Notes: generated by a model from the sequence alone, not told the origin. DNA of 63,988 nt, filler included, from an uncultured Methanoregulaceae archaeon (GCA_964530035.1; 9 parts of 9 records of this genome joined end to end with filler, not necessarily neighbours in it), one strand, 5' to 3'; shown: positions 31,452 to 41,953, counted from the whole stretch's first letter. Numbers and translations are program-made.

Positions 31452-31996
31452 AGCCGGATTATGTCAGGACCCTCCAAAGGCGCAATATCGACGCATTCGC
31501 CTTCAGAGGTATCAAGACGGTCATGACAATGTGCGCCGGCTGCGGGTCGACCCTGAAACATGACTATCCCGAATCCATCCCCTTCAGGGTCATGGACATC
31601 TCTGAGGTTCTCCTCGAATACGGAATTGAAAATCCTGCCAGGCTCGATATCAGGGCTACCTACCATGACCCCTGTCACCTCCTCCGCGGGCAGGGTATCT
31701 CGTCGGGCCCGCGGGAACTGATCTCAAGGGTCATTGACCTCGTGGAGATTCCTGCCGTATGCTGCGGTTCCGGAGGAGGGGTCCGTTCAGGAGTCCCCGA
31801 AGAGGCCCATGCCCTCGCCGAAAAGCGTCAGGAGGAGATACAGAAAACAGGTGCCGAATGGGTGATATCCTCATGTCCGTTCTGCGAGTTCCATATCGCC
31901 GGTCATACCCCGCTCCCGGTAAAAAACATCACGTCTGTCCTCGTCGAGGGCTACAGGGAGAAAGACCGGCAGGCTCAGCCTGAAAAGAAGCTATAG
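31452..31996 (+). CDS. CCG-domain Fe-S protein, C-terminal fragment (probably thiol:fumarate reductase TfrB)
   Basis: CAGCGSTLK, YHDPCHL.RGQG, CCGSGGG, CPFC. Confidence 0.75.
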
Positions 31997-32009
31997 CGGG
32001 ATTAACCCC

Positions 32010-33275
32010 ATGCCCAAAGGACAAGCCGGCGCAGGAACGAGGGAGCCGTTGATGGCTCCGTCCACCCCGTGCAGTTTTGTCGTTGATGGTTTTGAGGAGT
32101 TCAAAAAAGACATCGTCCTTGCCGGAGAACTTCCGGTTACGAGATTTACCGCCAGTTTCTGGACATCCCGCCAGAGGCAGGGCTGTTCTCTCCATGAGAT
32201 CTCCTATCGCGGCTGTTTCAAACCCGAACTCCCTGCATTTTTCATCAAACGGCTTACATGCCCGGGTGACCTCGTGTACGACCCGTTCGCAGGCAGGGGC
32301 ACGACTCCGGTCGAGGCGGGTCTCCAGGGCCGCATGGTCGCCGCAAACGATGTAAACCCCCTCTCGTCGATAATGACAGTTCCCAGGTTTTTTCCTCCGG
32401 AAACCGGAGATCTCGCCGAAAGACTCCGTCTGGTCCCTTTCGAGACCGGGGTGGAGCCATCACTGGACCTCTCCATGTTCTATCATGAAAAAACCCTACG
32501 CGAACTTGTCTCACTCCGTCAGTACCTCCTCTGCAGGTTCGAGGACGGGCAGGCTGACCATCTTGATGCGTGGATACGGATGATAGCGACAAACCGGCTT
32601 ACCGGCCATTCAAAGGGATTTTTTTCTGTATATACCCTTCCCCCGAACCAGGCGGTAAGCCCTGAACGCCAGAGGAAGATCAATGAACGCCTTCACCAGG
32701 AGCCGGAGTACCGCGATGTCAGGAGCATCATAACACGGAAGTCAGCCCAGCTGGTACGGAGCATCCCTCAAGGCGGACGCGCACTCCTGAACACTGCCGG
32801 TTCATTGGGGATCTTCATGAACCGTGATGCCCGCAATACCGTTGACCTCAAGGACGATTCGNNNNNNNNNNTGACTTCCCCCCCCTTCCTCGACGTGGTC
32901 CAGTACCCGAAGGACAACTGGATCAGGTGCTGGTTCAACGGTCTTGATGCCGAACAGATCGCGTCACGGATGACCCTCACCCCAACGCTTTCCAAATGGT
33001 CTGAGGTCATGTCAGGGGTGTTTGACGAACTCTACCGGGTTACGAGGCCGGGAGGCCATGTAGCCTTCGAGGTCGGTGAAGTACGGAATGGCCGTGTGAA
33101 GCTTGACGAGGTTGTTGTACCACTTGCAGCCGGAGCGGGTTTCACATGCGCCGGGATACTGGTTAACCAACAGGAGTTCACGAAAACATCCCATATATGG
33201 GGCGTTTCGAACAACAGGACAGGGACCAATACGAACAGGATCGTCCTCCTGAAAAAAAACACCCGATCCTGCTGA
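32010..33275 (+). CDS. Orphan N4/N6 DNA methyltransferase (10-N gap at 32862-32871)
   Basis: Motif I DPFAGRGTT, motif IV TSPPF. Confidence 0.85.
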   Translation: MPKGQAGAGTREPLMAPSTPCSFVVDGFEEFKKDIVLAGELPVTRFTASFWTSRQRQGCSLHEISYRGCFKPELPAFFIKRLTCPGDLVYDPFAGRGTTPVEAGLQGRMVAANDVNPLSSIMTVPRFFPPETGDLAERLRLVPFETGVEPSLDLSMFYHEKTLRELVSLRQYLLCRFEDGQADHLDAWIRMIATNRLTGHSKGFFSVYTLPPNQAVSPERQRKINERLHQEPEYRDVRSIITRKSAQLVRSIPQGGRALLNTAGSLGIFMNRDARNTVDLKDDSXXXXTSPPFLDVVQYPKDNWIRCWFNGLDAEQIASRMTLTPTLSKWSEVMSGVFDELYRVTRPGGHVAFEVGEVRNGRVKLDEVVVPLAAGAGFTCAGILVNQQEFTKTSHIWGVSNNRTGTNTNRIVLLKKNTRSC

Positions 33276-33329
33276 AGTCAGCCGTCCCCGGAAAAAGAAA
33301 AGATTCCACAGACCCGCCGGTCCTGCCGG

Positions 33330-34490
33330 TCAGGGTTTCCCGCCCCGGAGGATGTATTCGTGTGCCTCGAGGGCGGCCTTTGCCCCCTCGCCGGCGGCGA
33401 TGATGATTTGCTTGCCTTTCACGTTGGTAACGTCACCACAGGCAAATGCCCCGGGTAGGCTGGTATGGGTATTGATATCGATGATGACCTCTTTCTGGTC
33501 ATTCAAATCGATTATTCCCGAAAGGAAATCCGTGTTCGGGACCCATCCAATCTCGGCAAAAAGGCCGTCGAGCACGATGTCTTTGAATGCACCGGTCGTG
33601 CGCTCCTGCAGGGTCACGCCGGTCAGGAACGACTCCCCGGAAAGCCCGGTAACAACGTGGTTCAGGTGCGTTGTGATATTCTTCACTTCCTTGAACCGCC
33701 GGATATACTCCTCATCGGCCCGGATGGTACTCCTGACGATAAGGTGGACCTGGCTGGCGATCCTGCTCATCTCTATTGCGGTCTGAAGTGCCGAGTTCCC
33801 ACCTCCAACGATACCGACGACCTTGCCCTTAAAAAGCGGCCCATCACAGGTCGAGCAGACAGAAAGGCCGCGACCGAGGAATTTTTCCTCGTTCGGTACC
33901 CCAAGGTTTCTCGGGTGCTTTCCCTGCGCCAGTATGACCGCCCTGCCTTGGTAGGTAGTGTCACTCACCGTTTTTATGACAAAAACATCCCCGGATTTCC
34001 TCATTTCCCTGACCCGGTCAAGGTCAAGCCGGACGTTCTGCTCCCTGACCTGTTCCTCGAACTTCTTCATGAGCTCGTCCCCGGATATCATGCGATATCC
34101 CATGTAATTCTCGATTGTCCATGATGCAAGGGCCTGACCGCCGATATTTTCCGAAATAATGAGGGTTGACAGGAGTTTTCGTGCACAATACACGGCTGCA
34201 GTCAGTCCTGCGGGGCCTGCACCGATAATGATGATATCTTTGACCTCGGATTCTATTCCTGACCCAAAGAGTTCATTGAGTCTCCGGCTGTCAAACCCGA
34301 TTATGACCTCGTCATCGACGGTAATAACCGGGACGCCGTACTGGCCCGAGATTTCGACCATGTGCTGAGCCGCTTCCCGGTCGGTACCGACATCGATACT
34401 ACGGTAGGGGACACCGGCTTTATCAAGGAACGCCTTTGCCATCCGGCAGTACACGCAATTTTGCGTGGAGTAAACTGTGACCTCCGGCAT
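33330..34490 (-). CDS. Glutaredoxin/NrdH-thioredoxin reductase fusion
   Basis: N-terminal CVYC + GVPVI Grx domain; GAGPAG, CSTCD, GGGNSA, GDVT. Confidence 0.9.
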   Translation of the reverse strand: MPEVTVYSTQNCVYCRMAKAFLDKAGVPYRSIDVGTDREAAQHMVEISGQYGVPVITVDDEVIIGFDSRRLNELFGSGIESEVKDIIIIGAGPAGLTAAVYCARKLLSTLIISENIGGQALASWTIENYMGYRMISGDELMKKFEEQVREQNVRLDLDRVREMRKSGDVFVIKTVSDTTYQGRAVILAQGKHPRNLGVPNEEKFLGRGLSVCSTCDGPLFKGKVVGIVGGGNSALQTAIEMSRIASQVHLIVRSTIRADEEYIRRFKEVKNITTHLNHVVTGLSGESFLTGVTLQERTTGAFKDIVLDGLFAEIGWVPNTDFLSGIIDLNDQKEVIIDINTHTSLPGAFACGDVTNVKGKQIIIAAGEGAKAALEAHEYILRGGKP

Positions 34491-35046
34491 AGGTTTACCG
34501 TTTTGATTCACCCGTATTGAACATATGGATACGCCTGGCGGGACGCGTTCAGCGGGACAAAAAAGGTGTATCAGCGTGGTTCATGCGGGTGATCAGGTAC
34601 TTCTCCTTCGTCATCCTGGAGATGGCTGCCCAGGATCTGCCAGATGATCCCGTCATCAAGGCAGTCCCCCTGGCGGGAGCCATACCTCCTTGACGTGGAA
34701 GAGCGTCGGCGATGCCCGGATCCCTTCATTCGGACACACTCTTGGTTAAATTATTACAATTGGAAGCTCTGGATGTTACCACGTTGATCCCCACCGGATG
34801 GTATGTAGATTGAGAATTGCTATTGACACCTTTTGAAAATAGTGTTCCAAATATCGCATGTTTTATCCCATATTTTTCATCATGGGCTTTGCTCATGAGG
34901 ATTTGCCATGCAGGATCGGAATGCATCAATGGATGGCATTGCACAGTGCATCTCCACCGGGAAAAATCCATGCTATCTTCCAGGAGACACTATTTAAAAC
35001 GAGATACTGAAGTTTTTAAAAAAGAACGCACCTGAATGCCTGGTGA

Positions 35047-35547
35047 CTACTCTATTTCCTTGTACATCTTGGGCATTACACTGCATATGGGGCATTTGTC
35101 AGGGGCCTTGTCAAAAACGATGTTACCGCAGACGGTGCAGACCAGCACCTTGCGGTCAGGCAGGTCTCTCTTCGACTGGACTGCGGACAGGGCTTCTTTG
35201 TAGAGACCGGCATGGACCTGTTCAGCCTTCATGGCATATGTGAAGGCGATAATCGCATCTGACTTCTTTTCTGTCTCCGCTTCCTTGATAAAGGCGGGGT
35301 ACATTTCGGTAAACTCATGGGTCTCTCCCTGTACCGCCGCCTGCAGGTTTTCAGCCGTAGTACCGCTAACCCCACCGGCCTTAAGCAGCCGTTTTGCATG
35401 AAACGCCTCCGCTTCCGAGGCTGCCTTGAAGAGTTTCGCAATATTTTTAAATCCCTCATCCGCGGCCTTGTCTGCAAAATGTGCATATTTCCTGTTTGCC
35501 TGCGATTCTCCGGCGAAGGCATCCATTACATTCTCCTGGGTTGCCAT
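35047..35547 (-). CDS. rbr: Rubrerythrin
   Basis: AFAGESQANRKY, EAFHA, GETHE, AEQVH, CTVCG..CPIC. Confidence 0.93.
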   Translation of the reverse strand: MATQENVMDAFAGESQANRKYAHFADKAADEGFKNIAKLFKAASEAEAFHAKRLLKAGGVSGTTAENLQAAVQGETHEFTEMYPAFIKEAETEKKSDAIIAFTYAMKAEQVHAGLYKEALSAVQSKRDLPDRKVLVCTVCGNIVFDKAPDKCPICSVMPKMYKEIE

Positions 35548-35739
35548 GATAGTACGTAATGGTATGCTCATCCCTAAAAACATTGTTTAACACCTGACGA
35601 ACAAATACAACGGTTGATTGCTTCAGTCTGAAAAAGAATGTTTTTCGGTATCAAGGGTAATATGGATACTGCCTTTCAGAGGGGATGAGTCCAGGTAAAA
35701 CCATTCATTCAGACTGGCACAGTCCGTGAAACGCCGGTC

Positions 35740-36408
35740 GTGAAACCAATAAAAGAAACCCCTTCGTGCGACCTGCCCAGGGAGAAACTTTATTCAAAGG
35801 GTGTTACCGCTCTCAGCAACGTAGAACTCATCGCAGTGCTGATAGGGAGCGGTACCACCGGTAAGGATGTACTCCAGGTGGCTGCTGATATCGCGTCCCT
35901 CCTTTCCTCGAAGACCGGCGGCGTAACCCATACCGAGCTCCTCCAGGTACCTGGGATAGGCAGGGCCAAAGCCGCCCAGATCCTCGCAGGCCTCGAGCTG
36001 TCTAGGCGTTTTTGTACCCGCGACCCGGACGGGCGGTTGAAAGTGAGGTGCCCCTCTGACATCCTCCCCCTCGTTTCACCGTATGCACGGCGTGCACAGG
36101 AACATTTTATCGTGGCAACCCTGAACGGAGCCGGCGAGGTGCTGGAGTGCAGGGTGGTCACCGTTGGCCTTCTCGACCACAGCCTCGTCCACCCGCGGGA
36201 AGTCTTTGCCGATGCAATCGCTGACCGGGCGGCGTCGATTATCTGCGTACACAACCATCCTTCAGGTACCCTGGAACCCAGCAGCCAGGACTTGGCCATT
36301 ACCACCCAGCTTGCAAAGGCCGGGGAGATCCTGGGCATCCGCCTCCTTGACCATCTGATAATATCATCGCACGGGTTCACCAGCTTCAGGGAGAGGGGGC
36401 TGCTCTGA
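35740..36408 (+). CDS. radC: RadC/UPF0758 JAB-domain protein
   Basis: PREKL, GIGRAKA, HPREVF, HNHPSG..PS..D, LDH. Confidence 0.92.
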   Translation: MKPIKETPSCDLPREKLYSKGVTALSNVELIAVLIGSGTTGKDVLQVAADIASLLSSKTGGVTHTELLQVPGIGRAKAAQILAGLELSRRFCTRDPDGRLKVRCPSDILPLVSPYARRAQEHFIVATLNGAGEVLECRVVTVGLLDHSLVHPREVFADAIADRAASIICVHNHPSGTLEPSSQDLAITTQLAKAGEILGIRLLDHLIISSHGFTSFRERGLL

Positions 36409-36648
36409 CCAGGGGTGCATCATCCATGCCCATTTTTCTCTGGATTCTGTAGTTATTCCTAACATTCTGTTGAAGGGATGTCTATCTCCCCCGGGGGCGT
36501 TATGAGAGAGGAAAAGCCATGAGAGCCGTGTCCTCAACAAGATAAGGTTAAAAAACAAGTATTTGAGAAAAATATGACCTATTGACGCGTTGATCTATCA
36601 CAAGCAATAAATAATTGTCCGGTATATTTCAAGGATAGGTGATGCTTT

Positions 36649-36879
36649 CTGGCAGAACACCAAGTTCACAAGGCAGGCGACAAGGTCGGACCTGGCAAGT
36701 ATGTGTGCATTGACTGTGGCAAGGAATACAAGCTTGATGCTGCAGAGCAGGACCTGCGGAAGTGCCCCGCATGTTCCTGCGAGGAATACCAGTGCTTCCC
36801 GATGCACCACATCAGGCCGGATGTCAAGACCCCCGAAGACGCGATGAATCCCCCGAAACGTGGAAAGAGTGAAATTTAA
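36649..36879 (+). CDS. Small zinc-ribbon protein, apparent CTG start (not in ORF track)
   Basis: Manual: (M)AEHQVHKAGDKVGPGKYVCIDCG...CPACSCEEY...KSEI*; AGGTGA SD 6 nt upstream. Confidence 0.75.
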   Translation: MAEHQVHKAGDKVGPGKYVCIDCGKEYKLDAAEQDLRKCPACSCEEYQCFPMHHIRPDVKTPEDAMNPPKRGKSEI

Positions 36880-36990
36880 AAAAAAAACTCTTTTCATTTT
36901 TTGGATATTTCCTTTTCAGGATTTAAAAGGTAAAATTAATCCGGAGGTTCGGGAAAAACCCGGACGGTCCGGTATGGAGTGTTGATGGAA

Positions 36991-37116
36991 ATGGTCAATG
37001 TATCAAAGGAAGGGCAGGTCTACGAATGTGAGATCTGTGGCAATGTTGTTGTGGTCCGGCAGGTTGGCGGCGGAGAGCTGGTCTGCTGCGGAGAACCGAT
37101 GGTCCTGAAGGAGTGA
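36991..37116 (+). CDS. Desulforedoxin-like FeS4 protein (not in ORF track)
   Basis: Manual: [41 protein letters not shown]. Confidence 0.9.
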   Translation: MVNVSKEGQVYECEICGNVVVVRQVGGGELVCCGEPMVLKE

Positions 37117-37122
37117 CCTGTC

Positions 37123-37470
37123 ATGGACAAGCAGATGAACGAGCTTGAGAAGAAAATCGGAAGTGTACCCAGGTTCTTCAGGGAACTGGTCAGGACCGAC
37201 CCCGAGATGTACTCGATGGTCATGAAGTTCGACCAGCACATCTGGGACGACGGGGCCATTTCCCGTCAGACGAAAAAGCTGATCGCAATAGCCATTGCAG
37301 CGGCGCTTCGCGACCAGCACGCCGTTCATGCCCAGTTGAAGGGTGCTGTTTCCCTTGGGATATCCAAAAAGGAGATCGATGAGGCTCTGCGGGTGGCGTT
37401 CCTCCTGTCGGGTATGCCAGCCTATGTCTACGGAAAATCAGCTCTTGAAGAGATCATGCCGGGAGGATGA
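37123..37470 (+). CDS. Carboxymuconolactone decarboxylase/AhpD-like protein
   Basis: GAISRQTKKLIAIAIAA, H...A..LG.S..EI.EAL; no Cys. Confidence 0.85.
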   Translation: MDKQMNELEKKIGSVPRFFRELVRTDPEMYSMVMKFDQHIWDDGAISRQTKKLIAIAIAAALRDQHAVHAQLKGAVSLGISKKEIDEALRVAFLLSGMPAYVYGKSALEEIMPGG

Positions 37471-38120
37471 CCATGTGTTGCGACTTCCAGAACGGGAGGA
37501 TGCCTGCAATAGGGGAGCCTGCGCCTGATTTCGAGGCTGACACCACCCATGGGAAGATCCACCTGTCGGATTTCAAGGGAAAATGGGTAGTCCTATTCTC
37601 CCACCCGGCGGACTTCACTCCGGTCTGTACGACCGAGTTCATGGCCTTTGCAGCCGCACATGATGAACTCAAGGCAATGAATGTCCAGTTGATCGGCCTG
37701 TCCATCGACAGCGTGCATTCACACCTTGCCTGGGTCAGGAACATCAAGGAAAAGATGGGTGTCCAAATACCCTTCCCAGTTATCGCGGACCTTTCCATGA
37801 AGGTGGCGAAAGCCTACGGCATGCTGCACCCCGGGCAGTCTTCAACGGCGACGGTGAGGTGTGTCTTTTTCATCGATGACAAGGGCATCCTCAGGGCGAT
37901 GATATACTACCCCCTCTCGAACGGGAGGTATATTCCGGAGATCATTCGGCTGGTCAGGGCATTACAGACAACAGACGCGCATGGTGTCTCCACCCCGGCG
38001 AACTGGCAGCCGGGAGACAAGGTCGTTGTTCCTCCCCCGAAGAATGCCGACGAGATGGAAAAGAGGCTTGGCGAGGGGTACGAGTGCAAGGACTGGTACC
38101 TCTGTTTTAAGATGATTTAA
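37467..38120 (+). CDS. Peroxiredoxin (Prx6/TDXH type)
   Basis: FSHPADFTPVCTTE, TPANW, ECKDWYLCFK. Confidence 0.94.
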   Translation: MTMCCDFQNGRMPAIGEPAPDFEADTTHGKIHLSDFKGKWVVLFSHPADFTPVCTTEFMAFAAAHDELKAMNVQLIGLSIDSVHSHLAWVRNIKEKMGVQIPFPVIADLSMKVAKAYGMLHPGQSSTATVRCVFFIDDKGILRAMIYYPLSNGRYIPEIIRLVRALQTTDAHGVSTPANWQPGDKVVVPPPKNADEMEKRLGEGYECKDWYLCFKMI

Positions 38121-38308
38121 TCCATTTTTCTTCAGTTTTACCCGTTCGTTCTCCCTGTTCAGGCCAGGCGGGTAATTGGACGGAATTAAGGGATGACAAT
38201 CCAAAATCACCTGTTTTGAAGTTTTTTATTCGAACGGGGGTTCCAAATGCAGAATATGATCAGGTACAAATACCAGGAGGCCAAAGGAGTGAATACCGTG
38301 GTGTTTCC

Positions 38309-39049
38309 ATGCCTGCAGAATCCGTTGCATTATCCTTTTTCGTGCACATTTTCCGGGAGCTCAACCACACATACAGCCTGGAGAAGGACAGGCAGGGAAA
38401 AGGAAATCGCGGAATGGAGGATTCCTGCTTCAGCAGGGATGAAAAACGGAATATCACGAGGTATGCCCGGAACTGCCTGGTGCCAACACTGGAGGTGTTG
38501 TCCCGGTGGATCGATGACGGGATGAAGATTTCCATGTGCCTGACCGGTACCTCGGTCGACCTCCTGGAGGAGCACACACCCGAGGCGTATGACCTCCTTG
38601 CAGGGGTCGCAGGGCATAAAAACACCGAGCTCATCGGAAAAACCTATTATAACAGCATTGCGGCCCTTTTTGAATCCCCTGAGGAGTTCGGAGAGCAGCT
38701 GAAACTCCATCGGGAGATGGTGAAAGGACGTTTTTCAGCCCGGCCAACCTGCCTGTCAGTGGAGTGGAATCTTTTCAGGCCACAGGTAATTCCAGCCATC
38801 AAATCGGAGGGTTATCATTCCTTTTTCATCACAGGTATCGAAAAGACGCCGGGTGAAGGGCAGCCGGCAGGATTGTATCATTACAATACCATTCCCTCGC
38901 TGGTATCACACTGTGTGCTTGCCGACGATATCGCAGCGAGGTTCAGTGATGCGTCCTGGGACCGGTACCCCCTCACCGCCGACAGATACGCCGACTGGAT
39001 CAAGGGAACCGGCAGTGTAATTGTTCCCATACAGTTCGGTATCGAGGCA
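38309..39049 (+). CDS. GH57 glycoside hydrolase family protein, truncated/divergent
   Basis: TGTSVDLLE, ELIGKTYYNSIA, LADDIAARFS...WDRYPLTADRYADW. Confidence 0.75.
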
Positions 39050-39149
39050 NNNNNNNNNNNNNNNNNNNNNNNNNNNNNNNNNNNNNNNNNNNNTTAATTA
39101 ATTAANNNNNNNNNNNNNNNNNNNNNNNNNNNNNNNNNNNNNNNNNNNN
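39050..39149. other. Artificial contig-join spacer
   Basis: N-run with TTAATTAATTAA. Confidence 0.98.
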
Positions 39150-40179
39150 AGGGAAACACGGCCCTTCTTGCAGTTCTCAACGACGGTTTCGCGAAGGTCC
39201 CTGCAGGAGAATACTCCGCAATTGAACGTACCTGGTACGGAAACCCGGTTATTTCTCCCCAGTACCTCCAGTACATCCTGTTTTTTATCCTGGTGGTCGC
39301 CCTCATCATCGCCCTTCTCCTCCTCTGGACCAGGACACTGAGACAAAAGATCACTCAACGGACATGTGAACTGAACCAGGAGCTCCAGAGGAGAAAGGAG
39401 GTGGAGCTGGAGATCCTGAAGAAGAACGAGGAACTGAACGCCGCAAACGAGGAGATGATCTCCACAGCCGGGGAACTCCAGGAAAACTATCTCAAGATCA
39501 CCCAGAACCAGCATGCCCTGACTCAGGCACGGAACAAGCTGAACCTGCTCAACTACATCGCTTTCACCGAGCTGCGAAACGCCCTCTTTTCCCTGAACGG
39601 GTACCTTGAGCTCGAAAAGGAGTCCCNNNNNNNNNNAGCGATGTCCAGAAGGAATATCACAGGAAGGTCGTTTCCATGGTCGGTTCCATTGAAAACACCC
39701 TCGCTTTTGCCAAGACCTACCAGGACCTCGGGATGAATGCGCCCTGCTGGCAGGAGGTGGAACAGGTGTTCCTCTTCGGCATCTCGCACCTCGACTTCCT
39801 GTCATACACCAGGAACCTTTTCGTGAAAGGGCTCATGGTCTATGCCGACCCGATGCTTGAATGGGTTTTCTTCAACCTTGCCCAGAATGTCGTCATGCAT
39901 GCTGAAACCGCAACGGTGGTCAGCCTGCATTACGAGGAGCATGACGACGGGCTGGTCCTGTTCTTCGAGGACAACGGTGTCGGGGTCCCGGATTCGCTCA
40001 AGACAGCCATATTCGAAAGGAAATACGAGGAGAAAAACGGCGTAGGGCTCTTCCTTATCCGGGAGATCCTTGAAGTGACGGAGATCACGATCAGGGAGAC
40101 CGGCACCGCAGGAAAGGGTGCACGGTTCGAGCTGCACGTGCCGAAAGGCGGCTACAGGTTTTCAAATAAACCCCCGTGA
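39150..40179 (+). CDS. Sensor histidine kinase-like protein with extracellular solute-binding domain, 5' truncated; frame break at 10-N gap 39627-39636
   Basis: End of substrate-binding domain + TM + coiled coil; HATPase NLAQN, EDNGVG, GVGLF, GARF. Confidence 0.8.
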
Positions 40180-40208
40180 ACCAGGAGAAGACCTCGGACC
40201 GGAAATTT

Positions 40209-40901
40209 CTACGGCACGGTATCATTATCCTCTTCCCGGATCCATCCCATCCGTACCCAGCGGTCATAATCATCGGGACGCAGTTCCCTGTTTTCCAGAA
40301 CAATTGCCCTGAAAAATGACCGGTTGTCCTCCATCTCCGCTTCCTGAACCGGGTCGTGGAACCCGAGACGTGCTGCCGCAACGAGTCTCTTTCCAAGGGC
40401 ATGGGCGCGTTCACGTTCCTTCTCTACTGCATCGGAATCTCCCCCGGTAGCTATGCTCATGCCTCCAACGGTCATCACGCCCAGGTAGGTGAGTACATGG
40501 TTCAGGTATGACACTACCCCGCTGCCGCCCGAGGTGTGGGTAGTCGCCACCGAACAGCCGGTTTTTCCTGCCAGGACCTGGTAATGGATGGCATCGGCGA
40601 GCCGGTCGATGAACACCTTCATCTGGCCGGTGACATTGTCAACATACACCGGGGAGGCCAGGATGATGATGTCAGCATCAGCCATCCGCCTGGAAACCGA
40701 GGGAAAATCATCCTTAAAAACACACCTGCCGGTAAGGGAACAGCCGTCGCAGGAGGTACACGGGGTTATCCTGAACTCGCACAGGTCGATGATCTCAGTT
40801 TCAACACCCTCCCCTTCCGTCCCTTCAATGACCAGGGAGACCAGTCTCCGGGTGGTGCTCATGATATTCCGCGGACTGCCATGTATGGCGAGGACCTTCA
40901 T
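40209..40901 (-). CDS. Iron-sulfur flavoprotein (Isf/flavodoxin family)
   Basis: HGSPR, CTSCDGC.....C, ASPVY, MKVFIDR. Confidence 0.9.
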   Translation of the reverse strand: MKVLAIHGSPRNIMSTTRRLVSLVIEGTEGEGVETEIIDLCEFRITPCTSCDGCSLTGRCVFKDDFPSVSRRMADADIIILASPVYVDNVTGQMKVFIDRLADAIHYQVLAGKTGCSVATTHTSGGSGVVSYLNHVLTYLGVMTVGGMSIATGGDSDAVEKERERAHALGKRLVAAARLGFHDPVQEAEMEDNRSFFRAIVLENRELRPDDYDRWVRMGWIREEDNDTVP

Positions 40902-41071
40902 GCCGTCACCTGGTTCCTGGTTGGGTTCCCGTGATAATGAGACATGCAGATCTGGTCCCGGGGTAATGCCTTTTTCTCCAGGTATACCCCTGCCGGAAAG
41001 GACAGGGACCGTTGGAATCAGACCTTCCCGGACGACGCAGGCCAGAAAGATATACTATTGCAACTGAAGGA

Positions 41072-41884
41072 ATGAGAGGTGGAAATGGTTTGGATATCAA
41101 TGAATTCTTCTCCCGGGAACAGGTTGACGTATACACCGAAACAGACCTGGTCTCTCTCCCTCTCTCAGAACAAGTGTATGTGAGGCGGATGCTGCCATCA
41201 GCCCGGTCTGTGGTCGTCTTCGGGAGGGAAGTCCCGGTGTCCGCCTACCGTGCGGCCCCCAAGGAAAAGACTGTCATTATGCTTAACATTGCGGAATCTC
41301 TTGATAATACGGCAGTAAAACTTGCAGGAATGTTCAATGATGAAGGTATTCCTGCCATTCCGGTTCCCCTCTACCTTCCGGTCAGGGTGGCCGACGGAAA
41401 GGTACAGGGTGTCGTCAGGCTCAAGCAGGTCGCTGCAGCCGGGGGAATAGGCTCGCAGGGAAGGAACAGCGTCCTTATCTCACCCAGGTACGGCCCACGG
41501 CTCCTCCTGAGCGGTGTCATTACCAGCCGCACTGCATCAGCTCCCGGGGCGGTATATCCTGCTGATCAGAAATCCGGTGAAAGTCGTTCCGTTCTTTGTA
41601 CTGGTTGTGGCAGGTGCATCACATTGTGCCCGGGTAACGCGATTGGCCCTGATGGCGTCGAGGTGTTCCGGTGCATGACCATTCGCCCCTGGGTCCCGCC
41701 TCGTATGGTACCCCTGGTACGATGGATCCTCGGACGCCACTTTTTCCTTGTTTGTGTCGCCCCCCTTGCCCCCCTCATCGCCCGGGTGGCAACCATCAGG
41801 TGTAGTTTGTGCGTGACCGGCTGCCCTGTCTTTGAAGGCGTTAGCGATGAGCAGGGCAAACCCTCCTATTCACTAGCCGCTTAA
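41072..41884 (+). CDS. Epoxyqueuosine-reductase (QueG)-like Fe-S protein
   Basis: ARSVVVFG, KQVAAAGGIG..GRNS.LI.P.YGPRL.L, CTGCGRC...CP, CSLC...CP. Confidence 0.8.
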   Translation: MRGGNGLDINEFFSREQVDVYTETDLVSLPLSEQVYVRRMLPSARSVVVFGREVPVSAYRAAPKEKTVIMLNIAESLDNTAVKLAGMFNDEGIPAIPVPLYLPVRVADGKVQGVVRLKQVAAAGGIGSQGRNSVLISPRYGPRLLLSGVITSRTASAPGAVYPADQKSGESRSVLCTGCGRCITLCPGNAIGPDGVEVFRCMTIRPWVPPRMVPLVRWILGRHFFLVCVAPLAPLIARVATIRCSLCVTGCPVFEGVSDEQGKPSYSLAA

Positions 41885-41953
41885 ACACTAATCGCAGCAC
41901 GATATGAGGATTGGTGGGAACCCATGTGATAGTCCGGCGGAAAAATGATGCGC

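Noticed and set aside
34571..34729. 52-aa minus-strand ORF (MKGSGHRRR...) between TrxR and rubrerythrin
   Set aside because: No recognisable motif; cannot be supported from sequence alone.
35740..36408. radC as marker of a mobile element
   Set aside because: Full-length chromosomal-type RadC among housekeeping redox genes; no mobility genes nearby.
39293..40179. Programmed frameshift or pseudogene in the kinase
   Set aside because: Frame change coincides with an arbitrary 10-N gap at 39627-39636.
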